A DNA stretch of 64,000 nt, taken from the NCBI GenBank assembly GCA_951406725.2, contig OX597831.1:23498001-23562000 (forward strand). The letters run 5' to 3'. A model generated the notes under the pieces. That model made no database searches, was not told the DNA's origin, and was given only the letters and a program-made list of their open reading frames with translations. This document shows positions 51,561-64,000 of the stretch, in pieces (positions within the stretch are counted from its first letter, which is position 1; every line of letters begins with the position of its first letter). Source of the stretch: Octopus vulgaris (Eukaryota). Position numbers and translations under genes: made by a program.

Positions 51561-51709
51561 AAACTAAAAGACAGAAAACTTAGAGATATATAAAGACAGC
51601 CCAACAGACAGAATTGTGGAGGACATGCTTCAGTTTTTCTAAAATTGAATAAAACAGATAAAATAATGTATACATACTCATGCATAATGAACAAAAGTAA
51701 AAATAATAA

Positions 51710-52062
51710 TGATTTCAATTTTTGGCACAAGGCCAGCAAGTTCGGGGGAGGGGGAAGTCGATTACATCGACCCCACCCCCATCCAGTATTCAACTGGTAC
51801 TTATTTTATTGACTGCGAAAGTATGAAAGGCAAAGTTGACCTCAGTGGAATTTGAACTCAGATCTTAAAGATGCATGTTATGCTGCTAAGCATTTTTGCC
51901 CTGGCTGTGTGGTTAGTAGCTTGCTTACCAACCGCATGGTTCTGGGTTCAGTCCTACTGCATGGCACCTTGGGCAAGTGTCTTCTACTATAGCCTTGGGT
52001 TGACCTTGTGAGTGGATTTAGTAGACGGAAACTGAAAGAAGCCTGTTGTATATATGTATGTG

Positions 52063-52106
<44 letters not shown>

Positions 52107-52535
52107 TTGTCCCTCAACATCGCTTGACAATCGATGCTGGTGTGTTTACGTCCCCATAACTTAGCGGTTCGGCAAAAGAGACCAATAGAATAAGTACTAG
52201 GCTTAGAAAGAATAAGTCCTGGGGTCGATTTGATTCGACTAAAGGTGGTGCTCCAGCATGGCCACAGTCAAATGACTGAAAGAAGTAAAAGAGTAAAAGA
52301 GCATGCTAATTATTCTGCTAGCTCACCACCTTAATAATAACAACAATAACAATCCTTTCTACTAAAGGCACAAGACCTGAAATTTTGGAAGAGCATTTCA
52401 CTGGTACTTAATTTATCAATGATGATGAAAGGCAAAGTCAACCCCAGCAGAATTTGAACTCAGAATGTAGTGACAGGTGAAATACCACTAAGCATTCATC
52501 CAGTGTGCCAATGATTCTGCCATCTCACTGCCTTA
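51710..52535. mobile_element. Family C SINE (minus) split by a family B SINE (51902-52281, plus), followed by another family C fragment
   Basis: The family C head gcatttttgccc|gcatgctaat is interrupted by a family B copy. Confidence 0.85.
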
Positions 52536-52543
52536 ATAATGAT

Positions 52544-52902
52544 AACAAGAGCACTCAATGATCGTAAACATCTGCCAAGGCAACACCAACTTCCTTTCAA
52601 AGATTAACTGATGACTTTTAAAATGCGAATATCTGAAATAAACTCAGCTGCTCTCACAAATGAGAATACTAAAAATGAACCCAACCGCTCTCAAAAATTA
52701 AGTAAAAAAAATAGGAAAAATAATCCAGAATTCTTGTCTGGTACCGGATCAATCCCCAAATCTATTCAGTTCGTGCCAGTTACGAGGCCAAACATCCCTG
52801 AAAGTTTCATCCGAATCCATCCAGCGGTTCTTGAGATATCTATCCATGGACAAACAAACACAGCTGTAAACAATACCTCCACCTTAGTGAAGGTAGAAGT
52901 AA
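52544..52902 (+). mobile_element. Helentron-associated non-autonomous element (HINE/DINE-1-like)
   Basis: Begins aacaagag, has aaagtttcat..aatcc..cagcggttcttgagatat..acaaacaaac and a 3' hairpin tacctccacctt-agtg-aaggtagaagta. Confidence 0.6.
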
Positions 52903-52931
52903 TAATGATAATAATAATAATAATAATAATG

Positions 52932-52973
<42 letters not shown>

Positions 52974-53670
52974 GCATATTAAAAACTAAAATGTCAAATA
53001 TTTTGCTGCTTGCCTGATGACTCACTTTCTATATGTATCAGAAGGAGGAAAACGAAAGTGAAAGTAAGAAAGTGTGAGAGTGAATTAAAGTTCATTTACA
53101 CTGATCCATGTTCTGCACTGGCAAAAATTATTTTGATCTATATAATATGTATATTTATTAATTTTGTATATCATAATGGAGATAGATTTCTGATGTTTCA
53201 AGTCATAGCAAGTGAGAGAGAGAGAGATGCACCCACACACACAAACAAAGAGAGAAATGCATTCAAGGATATACACATACACACACACAAACAAAGAGAG
53301 AGAAAAAGAGAGAAATGCATTCAAGGTATTACTTAGTTTGAAGTATCATTTGAGGAAAGTACCTAGTTCTTTCTGTATGTCGTGATACTGTATAGTGTTG
53401 TGATGCTTCTGACCATTCCAGAAAATGCATTATTGTCATAAAGGGGAAAATGAATGGCTTTAACTTACAACAGAAGCAATAACTCATTTTCATGGAAGAT
53501 TAAATTTCTTTATACACTATCTTTTATATAGGTCATACGTAGTTATATTTTTATGTAGTATATGCGTATGTATGAATGGCTCTCTATCACCAGTCATCTT
53601 TATAAAATTGCATATGAAATTATATGGTCAATATCCATGATTTTATGTACAAAGATGTATATGTGTGTTA

Positions 53671-53711
<41 letters not shown>

Positions 53712-53899
53712 CATTAGTGTGTATATAGGTGGGCATACGTGTGTTTCTGTGTGGGTATACTCGTTTGTAGTCAATGATTCAGTTGTTGGTGATTTCTTTT
53801 ATCTCATTGAACATAGCTTATTCTGAAAAAACCTCTGAGTAGCAATGAAATATATAATCAGCTTCCATACTACTTGTATTGAGTATTTAAATTTTGTGT

Positions 53900-53935
<36 letters not shown>

Positions 53936-53944
53936 TATGCATAC

Positions 53945-54457
53945 CTTTCCTTCATTGGACACTAAACTCTGCTTGCAAAGACCTGTTGAGGCAAGTGTAA
54001 TCGAAATCAAATTTGATGGCTGGCATCCGTGCTAGTGGAGCACTAAGAGCACCATCCAAGCGTGATCATTGCCAGAGCAGCTAACAAGCTTCCGTGCCTG
54101 TGGCACATAAAGCACCATTCGAGCATGATCGTTACCAGTGTCGCCTTACTGGCACATGAAATGACATTCAGGTGAGGTCGTTGCCAGTGCTGCTGGACTG
54201 GCTCCTGTACAAGTGACACATAAAATCACCATTTGAGTGTGGCCGTTGCCAGTACCACCCGACTGGCCCTCATGCCGGCGGCATGTAAAAGCACCCACTA
54301 CACTCTATGAGTGGTTGGCATTAGGAAGGGCACCCAGCTGTAGAAACACAACCAGATCAGATTGGAGCCTGGTGCAGCCATCTGGTTTGCCAGTCCTCAG
54401 TCAAATCGTCCAGCTCTTGCTAGCATGGAAAGCGGACAGTAAACGATGATGATGATG

Positions 54458-54458
<1 letters not shown>
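53945..54458 (+). mobile_element. Longest copy of the RTE-type (GAT)n-tailed element, with internal subrepeats
   Basis: Internal repeats ggcac.t.aaa.gcaccatt.gag; 3' end aaacgatgatgatg. Confidence 0.8.
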
Positions 54459-54484
<26 letters not shown>

Positions 54485-54489
<5 letters not shown>

Positions 54490-54931
54490 TGGCAGGGCCA
54501 GACTGCTAGGTAGTCGGCCAAATGCTAGAAATAGATCATCAACGATCAAACTACAAAGGGAATTCTCTAGAGGAAAAATTCAGCGAACACCAGAACCAAA
54601 TTTGGCGGGCAGGACAGATGAAAAATTTATATAAAAAACAGAATTAAATGCATACCTCGGTTTCGGCCTTTAACAAAAGAATTACTTATATAATTCAAAT
54701 GTCCGTGACTTCATCAGTGCATTCGTTCAGTGTAAATGCAGTTTACAAAACTAACCCCAGCTTACTGTGCCAAGACAGACACATGCTTAGTTTTACCGAT
54801 TACATTAGGGATAAAATTTCAAATGTCTTGGTTCCGGCGCGCTAAGAAATTCCTGAAGCGAAGGGCTGCAGTAAATAATTCACTGCGGTTAGTGCTTGCT
54901 ACTAGTGTAGCAGTCTGGCCCTGCCAATATA
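54485..54931. mobile_element. MITE with 24-bp perfect terminal inverted repeats
   Basis: tatattggcagggccagactgcta / tagcagtctggccctgccaatata. Confidence 0.85.
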
Positions 54932-55034
54932 CACATATATTAGAATTTTCTCTGACTTCTCAGATTTTTTGTATGCTGGACTACTGGTTTTAAATTGATA
55001 TTAAAATTAATATTAATTTATCTCCCTCATTATT

Positions 55035-55086
<52 letters not shown>

Positions 55087-55092
55087 TATATA

Positions 55093-55567
55093 TACAGGTC
55101 GCTGTCGGCTTATGACCTATCTAACTTATGACTGATTGACTTTATGACGATTGGCATGCTAGCTCCCAGCAGCAATAATAAATAGTCCAGTTGAAATCTA
55201 ATGGATTTAACTTCTTAGAAATTAACCTATCTACATGTGATGTCAGCTAAAAGACACTTCCCCTAGGTTTATTTATCAGTCACCTCTGTGATTATCCCAA
55301 GTGTTGGATAAATATCCTGTTGTGGAGACATCAAGGCAATCTCGTATTTGTTCATAAGATGACGGATTGAGACTCCAAAATTTTTGACTAAGGCCAGTAT
55401 AATAGTATAGTACAGAATGCTGTGTGTGACTTTTACCTGAGAATGTACCTTAAGAATATGAAAATATAAAACAAAGCTATGTAGACCTATAGGCCAAATT
55501 ACAACCGAATCGACTTCTGACCACTCAGTCGGAACCAGTTGTGGTCATAAGTCGACGATGACCTGTA
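55093..55567. mobile_element. Tigger/pogo-like MITE
   Basis: TA-CAGGTCGCTGTCGGCTTATGACC ... GGTCATAAGTCGACGATGACCTG-TA. Confidence 0.8.
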
Positions 55568-55714
55568 TATAAATTCAATTATGAACCCATCTGAAACAGC
55601 TGTAGTGAACTGCAACCTATCAGTGTTATTATTTATATATAAATCTATCTGTGAGTGTGTGTGTATGGATATATTATGTATATATACATGCATACGCACA
55701 AACATATATATACT

Positions 55715-56735
55715 TTTCTAATCTAGGGACAAAGCCCGAAGTTTTTGGGGAGGGGTCCAGTCAATTAGCTCAACCCCAGTATGCAACTTGTGCCTAATTT
55801 ATCAACCCTGAAAGGATGAAAGGCAAAGTCAAACTTGGTAGAATTTGAACTTAGAACATAAACACAGACGAAATACCAATTTCTTTACTACCCACAAGGG
55901 GCTAAATACAGAGGGGACAAACAAGGACAGACAAATGGATTAAGTCGATTATATTGACCCCAGTGTGTAACTGGTACATATTTAATCGACCCTGAAAAGG
56001 ATGAAAGGCAAAGTGGACCTCAGTGGAATTTGAACTCAGAACGTAGCAGCTGACAAAATACCGCTAAGCATTTCACCTTGTGTGCTAATGTTTCTTATTT
56101 CTTTACTGCCCACAAGGGGCTACACACAGAGGGGACAAACAAGGATAGACAAACAGATTTAGTCGATTATATCGACCCCAGTGCATAATTTGGTACTTTA
56201 TTTATTGACCCCGAGAGGATGAAAGGCAAAGTTGACCTTGGCGGAATTTGAATTCAGAACATAGCGGCAGACAAAATACCTATTTCTTTACTACCCACAA
56301 GGGGCTAAACACAGAGAGGACAAACAAGGACAGACAAATGGATTAAGTCGATTATATCGACCCCAGTGCATAATTTGGTACTTATTTAATCGACCCCCGA
56401 AAGGATGAAAGGTAAAGTGGACCTCAGTGGAATTTGAACTCATAACGTAGCAGCTGACGAAATACCACTAAGCATTTCACCTTGTGTGCTAATGTTTCTT
56501 ATTTCTTTATTGCCCATAAGGGGCTACACACAGAGGGGACAAACAAGGATAGACAAACAAATTAAGTCGATTATATCAACCCCAGTGCGTAACTGGTACT
56601 TAATTTATCGACCCCCGAAAGGATGAAAGGCAAAGTCAACCTCGGCAGAATTTGAACTCAGAACGTAGTGGCAGACAAAAAATACTGCTAAGCATTTCGC
56701 CCGGCGTGCTAATGATTCTGCCAGCTCGCTGCCCT
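55715..56735 (-). mobile_element. Tandem array of five family C SINE units
   Basis: ggatgaaaggcaaagt recurs at about 55814, 55999, 56217, 56403 and 56621; only the last unit has a complete head. Confidence 0.9.
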
Positions 56736-57209
56736 CACACACACACACACATATATATAGCAACACTCATGCATGTTTGTGTGTGTATGTGTGTGTGTGT
56801 GGCGGTTTGTTTCTATGAATAAATGCCGCCAGTGTCACTTGCATTACTCTGTTACTCAACCTACAGCATGTAAAACACGTGTCAGTTGCACAAAATATCT
56901 TTTCTAAACTTCAACTTGCAGGAACCTATCAGAATATATTTAAAGGAAAGTTTCAAAAATTTCACAGAAGTTCTCAGTTTTGAAATACATCCACTTTCTT
57001 GTTAATGTTTTTTACACAAACAGTTACTGGCATTCAGAATGCCATAAAAAAAAAAACCTAAGTACTTGCAAAAGTTGTTAAAGTGCAAATATGAAATATG
57101 AATTTCACACTATGCTGGAGTTTTGTTGTCTAATATGTTTATCTATACTGAGTTTTACGAACTGTGAAATATCTGCGTATCTGTCTACCTGTCCCTTTGT
57201 CACTACTTA

Positions 57210-57241
57210 CATATCTATCTATTTAACTATCTACCTGACTG

Positions 57242-57296
<55 letters not shown>

Positions 57297-57405
57297 CTCT
57301 CTCTAACTATCTATCTATCTATCTATCTGTCTATCTATCTATCTATATATATATATTTGCCTATCAGTCTGTCTGTCTGTCTGTCTCTGTCTCTCTCTCG
57401 CTCTG

Positions 57406-57439
<34 letters not shown>

Positions 57440-57487
57440 CGTCTATCTATGTGTCTGTCTTTCTTTCTTTCTTTCTTTCTATCTATA

Positions 57488-57563
<76 letters not shown>

Positions 57564-57622
57564 TATATATATATATATTTGCCTATCAGTCTCTCTCTCT
57601 CTCTCTCTCTCTCTTCTATCTG

Positions 57623-57691
<69 letters not shown>

Positions 57692-57715
57692 GTATCTGTC
57701 TTTCTTTCTATCTAG
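57210..57715. repeat. (TCTA)n compound microsatellite with an internal higher-order duplication
   Basis: atatttgcctatcagtct occurs at about 57353 and 57575. Confidence 0.9.
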
Positions 57716-58504
57716 CTACCTGTTCATTTAGCTATGATTGGCTTTATTTGACGCTCACTTTTCATTTCTCTCTCCAGAGCTGTTGCTAGTGAAGTAATGA
57801 GCTGAACACAACTATCCTCCTCTTTGTGTTTCTTGTTATCAGCAGATTCATTTCAGGTCCCTCAGAGAATAAGGATTACCCTGAGTTTTATGTCCATAAA
57901 GCAGTTAGTTTTACAATATTTTTTCAGACCCTAAACCTGTTGGCTTATGACCTCTCTAGCAAGACTTCAGAGGCTGTAAAGCTAAGCACTTTATGGATAT
58001 CAAACCCAGGGTATACCTACAGACTGGCCATATCTATCTTTATCTATCTATTTATCTTTCTCTGTCTCCTTCTCTCTCTCCTTCTATATATATATGTATA
58101 TATATATATATATGTGTGTGTATATATATATATATATATCAATGCATACCTGTTGCATCTTGCACACACACTCATACATAGATATACATATATATATATA
58201 TTTATATATACATATGTAAGTATATATTTATATGTATTTACATATGTGTGATGCATTTATACATGTATAACCCACACCGGCATGGAAAAATGGACATTAA
58301 ATGTTGATGATGATTGATGACATCTATATATGCATTTTTATATATGTACGTATATATATATATATGTTTATATATGTAGTTAGATGTATATATATGTGCA
58401 TGTACACAAACACATACACTCACAGTTACTCATATATATCTATAATATCTATATCTATCTATCTATCTATCTATCTATCTCTGTATATATATATATATAT
58501 ATAT

Positions 58505-58911
58505 AGGCACAGGAGTGGCTGTGTGGTAAGTAGCTTGCTAACCAACCACATGGTTCCGGGTTCAGTCCCACTGCGTGGCATCTTGGGCAAGTGTCTTCTG
58601 CTATAGCCCCGGGCCGACCAATGCCTTGTGAGTGGATTTGGTAGACGGAAACTGAAAGAAGCCTGTCGTATATATCTATATATATGTATATGTGTGTGTG
58701 TACCTGTGTTTGTCCCCCTAGCATTGCTTGACAACCGATGCTGGTGTGTTTACGTCCCCGTCACTTAGCGGTTCGGCAAAAGAGACCGATAGAATAAGTA
58801 TTGGGCTTACAAAGAATAAGTCCCGGGGTCGATTTGCTCGACTAAAGGCGGTGCTCCAGCATGGCCGCAGTCAAATGACTGAAACCAGTAAAAGAGTAAA
58901 AGAGAGAGAGT
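58505..58911 (+). mobile_element. Young full-length family B CORE-type SINE
   Basis: Complete head (A box tggctgtgtgg, B box ggttcagtccc), core, internal microsatellite and tail aaagagtaaaagag. Confidence 0.92.
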
Positions 58912-59709
58912 ATATATATATGTCTAGATATGTTTACATACATAGTGTACTTACGTGTATGTATGTGTGTATATACTCACACGCGCACACATATATATGA
59001 ATATATATGCACATATCTGTAATTAAATATATTCTATGAGAATATGATATAGTGAATTTAAAACGAGTGCTCTTTGTATATAAGTGTCAAAGTATTAATA
59101 TCATTAAGTATTTAGATATTTAATACAAGCAATTATATTTAAGATATTGCGAAATAATAGCAGGAAAATGAAAATCCCAAAACTTTTTACAAAGATATCT
59201 ATGTATAATAATATTGTATTAAAATATATATATATATATATATAGTATGTGTAAATATATAAAGTATGACAGTTTAAAGTTAAGTATTTAACGCATCTTA
59301 CGATCGTTTTGCAAAAGTATTGTCTTTATAATGGAATCCATCCATATATATACATATATATATTAGATTAGAAAGGAAGTTTTATCACATCTTTTGACGA
59401 GAAAGAAACAAGTGTTCCTTTGCTCTTAATTGATATATTTAATCAAGATAATGTTTCCTCTCTTTATTGATAATATAATCCCATTTCTTTGGCAAGTTGT
59501 TTTATCTCTTGGGTATAAACATCTTCAGGTTGTGAAGCATTTTTAACTCCTTCACAATTTATAAACTGCTTTCACTTTAAATAATGTTGTACTGATCTGG
59601 AAAGGAAATAGTCAGATCTAGCAAGGTCAGGAAAGTAAGGAGGATGAGGCAAAGCTTTCATATTTAGTGTAACAACAATTTACAACAAAATTTATATTTT
59701 TTTCTTGTT

Positions 59710-60260
59710 TGTGGTCAGTAAATCTTCTTTCTTTATTTGCTTCTCTCTAGAAATCAAAGGAAATGACTGCCATTCCCTTCAAACTTTGCTTTTGTGACCT
59801 GGACATCAATGTTTTGAAACTGACCTACTTTCCATTACATTTCAGACAGATTAAGCGCTGAGTTGCTGAAGCAGAAATATTGTTATAACAAATATTCTGT
59901 TCAATGTCACAGATTTGATTGTTGTCTTTGGTCAGTAAGTGTTACATCCTATCTGCTTCTGTCTAGAAATCAAAGGAAAGCACTACCATTTCTTCCAGAC
60001 CTTGCTTTTGTGACCTGGGCATCAAAGTTTTGAAACTGAGCTATTTTCCATTACATTTCAGACAGATACAGCACTGTATCTGCTCAAGCAGAAATATCCT
60101 TATAGCAAATATATTCTGCTCAATACCACAGATTTGATTGTCAGTTGCTTGACCATAACAACTTGAGCATGTCTTTTAGTGGGTGACGATATGTTAACAG
60201 TAGTAGTGGGGTAGCATCATAGCCATGCATTGAGAGGAATTCTTTGGGGTTTGAATAAAT
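59710..60260 (+). repeat. About 215-bp diverged tandem duplication running into family T sequence
   Basis: tggtcagtaa...tctagaaatcaaaggaaa...ttgcttttgtgacctgg...ttccattacatttcagacagat...cacagatttgattgt occurs twice. Confidence 0.8.
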
Positions 60261-61180
60261 GTAACAAAAGTAAAGTTTGAAGGTAATATTATGGGAAATA
60301 ACAATTGCTACCTTAGGACAAAAATCGTGTTACACAGGGTAACCTTTTCTTGAGTGATTCAGGGGATGGGTATGTGATGTCACATTATCATGTAAGAGTA
60401 ACGCTCCTTTGAAATTGAGCAATGATCTTTTATCATCTATCTTTTATTTCTTTCAGTCACTAGACCGTGGCCATGCTGGAGCACTGCCTTGGACAATGAA
60501 TTGACTTCAATACTCACTTTTTTTATAAGCCTGGTACATATTCTATTGGTCTCTTATGCTGAACTGCTAAGTTATGGTGATGTAAACACACCAGCACCAG
60601 TTATCTATGACACTGCATGCAGTATGAGTTCAAAGGCCTTTTGAATTCATACAGCATCCAGTGTCTGATATGAGTCCCATCTAAATTTATTTTAAAATGG
60701 TTAAAATAGAGACCAATTTAACCAGAATGGTATAAAGCTGCAAAGAAAGAACAAAGCTTAAGAATGTAAAATTTAAAGTTTATTTTACCATAAATATTGA
60801 AGGAGTACCCATGAATTGGTCATATCAGAAATGCAACAAGAGGTTCTTTCCAATGTAAAGCATATAGATATGGGAAGATAATTTAGTTAAGGAATTTGGA
60901 ACAAGATGGGAAAGAATGGAGCAATCAAGAATCAATTGAAAATGCATTGTAACCAATACAGTGAAACAGTGGTATGTGTGTGTGTGTGAGAGAGAGAGAG
61001 TGTGTGTGTGCATATGTATAAAGTTTTATATAAATATATATACATATATAACATATATATATTATGCGTATGTGTGTGTATATATATATATATATATATA
61101 CACACACGTATATAACATATATATTGTGTTTGTGTGTGAGCATATATATATATATATATATATACATACATGCACATATG

Positions 61181-61247
61181 TGGAGGCGCAATGGCCCAGT
61201 GGCTAGGGCAGCGGACTCGTGGTCTTAGGATTGTGGTTTCGATTCCC
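61181..61247 (+). mobile_element. Isolated tRNA-derived SINE head
   Basis: A box tggcccagtgg and B box gtttcgattcc, embedded in TA/TG repeats. Confidence 0.6.
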
Positions 61248-61487
61248 AATATATGCATGTGTGTATGTATGTGTGTATATATGTATGTATATGCGTATGT
61301 ATGTACGTATGTATGTGTGTGTATATATTTATATGTGTGTATGTATGTGTGTGTGTGTATGTATATGTGTGTATATATATATATGTATGTATGTGTATAC
61401 ATTAATACTGCACTTTACAGGGATCTGATTTATGAGTCATTGCGTCCATGAGTTTTATTTTTCATACGCAAGATTCAAAGTTCCTAC

Positions 61488-61853
61488 AACCATTCTGGGT
61501 TCAGTCCCACTGCGTGGCACCTTGGGCAAGTGTCTTCTACTATAGCCTTGGGCCGACCAAAGCCTTGTGAGTGAATTTGGTAGACGGAAACTGAAAGAAG
61601 CCCGTCGTATATATGTGTATATATATATATGTGTGTGTGTGTTTGTGTGTCTGTGTTTGTCCCCCTAGCATTGCTTGACAACCGATGCTGGTGTGTTTAT
61701 GTCCCTGTTACTTAGCGGTTTGGCAAAAGAGACCGATAGAATAAGTACTGGGCTTACAAAAGAATAAGTCCCGGGGTCGAGTTGCTCGATTAAAGGCGGT
61801 GCTCCAGCATGGCCGCAGTAAAATGACTGAAACAAGTAAAAGAGTAAAAGAGT
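61488..61853 (+). mobile_element. Family B SINE
   Basis: Consensus match, 5'-truncated. Confidence 0.9.
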
Positions 61854-62062
61854 ATAACAAATACTTCTTCATGTCACCAAGAAATTTATAGAGAGCAGAA
61901 AAATGCTTCTTCTAAGCAACAACTCTTGACTTCGTTTTCAGAAAGAAATCTACAAGTCTGTCTATGTGTGCTTGTGAATCAGTGACTGTGTCTACCTACA
62001 AATGATGGTTTACACAAATCTAATGTCAATGAAATTTATTCAGAAAATGATTGTGATAATAC

Positions 62063-62235
62063 TCTCTCTTTTCACTCTTTTACTTGTTTCAGTCATTTGA
62101 CTGTGGGCGTGCTGAAGCACTGCCTTTAGTCAGGCAAATTGACCCCAGGACTTATTATTTGTAAGCCTAGTACTTATTCTATTGGTCTCTTTTGACGAAC
62201 CGCTAAGTAACGGGGACGCAAACACAGACACACAC

Positions 62236-62287
<52 letters not shown>

Positions 62288-62450
62288 CGACAGGCCCCTT
62301 TCAGTTTCCATCTACCAAATCCACTCACAAGGCTTTGGTTGGCCCGAGGCTATAGTAGAAGACACTTGCCAAGGTGCCACGCAGTGGGACTGAACTTGGA
62401 ACCATGTGGTTGGTAAGCAAGCTACTTACCACATAGCCACTCTTGTGCCT
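62063..62450 (-). mobile_element. Family B SINE
   Basis: Reverse-complement consensus match with an internal deletion. Confidence 0.9.
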
Positions 62451-62720
62451 ATAATTATAATTTTTATTATAAATGATCTTGACATTCTTTTTACTTTACA
62501 TAAAATTTTCTTTACATTCTACTGTTGTTTTATTGCCATTTATTTATTAGTATTATAAATTTTATCGCTAAAGTATTTTACTGGGAATTAATTATGATTT
62601 ATATTATAGCTACTATGGGAAATTATTGTTCTGCATTACGAGTCTTCACTTTATGAGTAATTTCTGGGTGCAAACTAACTCATATGTAAAGGCATCCCTG
62701 AATATATATATATATATATA

Positions 62721-63070
62721 TAGGAGTGACTGTGTGGTAAGTAGCTTGCTTACCAACTACATGATTCCGGATTCAGTCCCACTGCGTGGCACCTTGGGCA
62801 AGTGTCTTCTACTATAGCCTCAGGCTGACAAAAGCCTTCTGAGTGGATTTGGTAGATGGAAACTGAAAGAAGCCTGTCGTATGTATGTATATGTTTGTGT
62901 GCCTGTGTTTGTCCCCACAGCATCGCTTGACAACCGATGCTGGTGTGTTTATGTCCCTGTAACTTAGCGGATCGGCAAAAGAGACCAATAGAATATGTAC
63001 TAGGCTTACAAGAATAAGTCCTGGGGTTGATTTGGTCACATGACTGATACAAGTAAATGCATAAAAGAGT
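62721..63070 (+). mobile_element. Family B SINE
   Basis: Consensus match with a tail deletion. Confidence 0.9.
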
Positions 63071-63124
63071 ATATATTTACATAGAATCTATGTATATACT
63101 ATGATACTACGTAGATACTAAGTA

Positions 63125-63340
<216 letters not shown>

Positions 63341-63822
63341 TACATAGAAGAAGATAGTAAGATACATAATAGAAATTTGGATTGGGTAAAAATCCAATAG
63401 CTTTCTTTATAATAGCAAAGTTTTGGTTGTGTCTGATGAAATGTCTGATGAAGTGTTACTCTTTGCTATTCCAGCATGGGTAAATTTATACAGATTATGT
63501 GTAATTCATTACAAATAAATATTTATATGTAATATAGTATTAAACAGAATGGTCCTGAAATGCAGTAGTTACAAATATTTCACTTATGGTATATTGATAT
63601 CCTCATTTTGTTCCCTGTCTAATATACACACACACACACACACACATACTAACACATATACACACACATAAGTATTTCATACACATTTTGTATATGCATA
63701 TGTATGTATGTATGTATGAATGAATGTATGTATGTATGTATGTATGTATGTATGTAGGTATGTATGTATGCGTGTATGTATCTGTCTATCTGTAAGTATA
63801 TATATATGTGTGTGTATGTATA

Positions 63823-63872
<50 letters not shown>

Positions 63873-63928
63873 TAAATACACATATGTATATGTAGTCATA
63901 TATTAATATATACACATATATGTATACA

Positions 63929-63966
<38 letters not shown>

Positions 63967-64000
63967 TATACATAGATATACATATATATATATATATATA

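Noticed and set aside
52611-52982. 123-aa ORF
   Set aside because: Lies within a HINE-like non-autonomous element and ends in AAT repeats.
57750-57910. Strong plus-strand splice acceptor (ttttcatttctctctccag)
   Set aside because: All frames stop within about 10 codons and there is no convincing donor; unsupported without RNA data.
61181-61247. Possible tRNA gene
   Set aside because: A and B boxes present but no complete acceptor stem or terminator; matches SINE heads.

Overview
AT-rich, microsatellite-saturated eukaryotic DNA. The repeat families resemble those I recall from Octopus (coleoid cephalopod); this assignment is from memory, not a search. No intact protein-coding gene can be supported, and almost all ORFs in the track are microsatellite or SINE artefacts. 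The window reads as intronic or intergenic sequence. It contains dozens of tRNA-derived SINE copies from at least three families plus RTE-type (GAT)n-tailed elements. There are two Dong/R4-type LINE 3' ends with a restriction-like endonuclease sitting in (TAA)n tracts, an old RTE LINE remnant and an internally deleted mariner. Several TTAA- and TA-flanked MITEs, a Helentron/HINE-like element and Penelope-like element (PLE) termini are also present. The most notable structures are four minimal hammerhead-ribozyme-like motifs in PLE termini (one pair with a compensatory stem change), a ~1 kb head-to-head PLE inverted repeat and several near-perfect palindromes. Also notable are a 66/67-bp minisatellite born inside a MITE, a ~290-bp duplication that looks like a very long RTE-type target-site duplication, and a pre-miRNA-like hairpin. 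Coordinates were read by eye; repeat boundaries are approximate.
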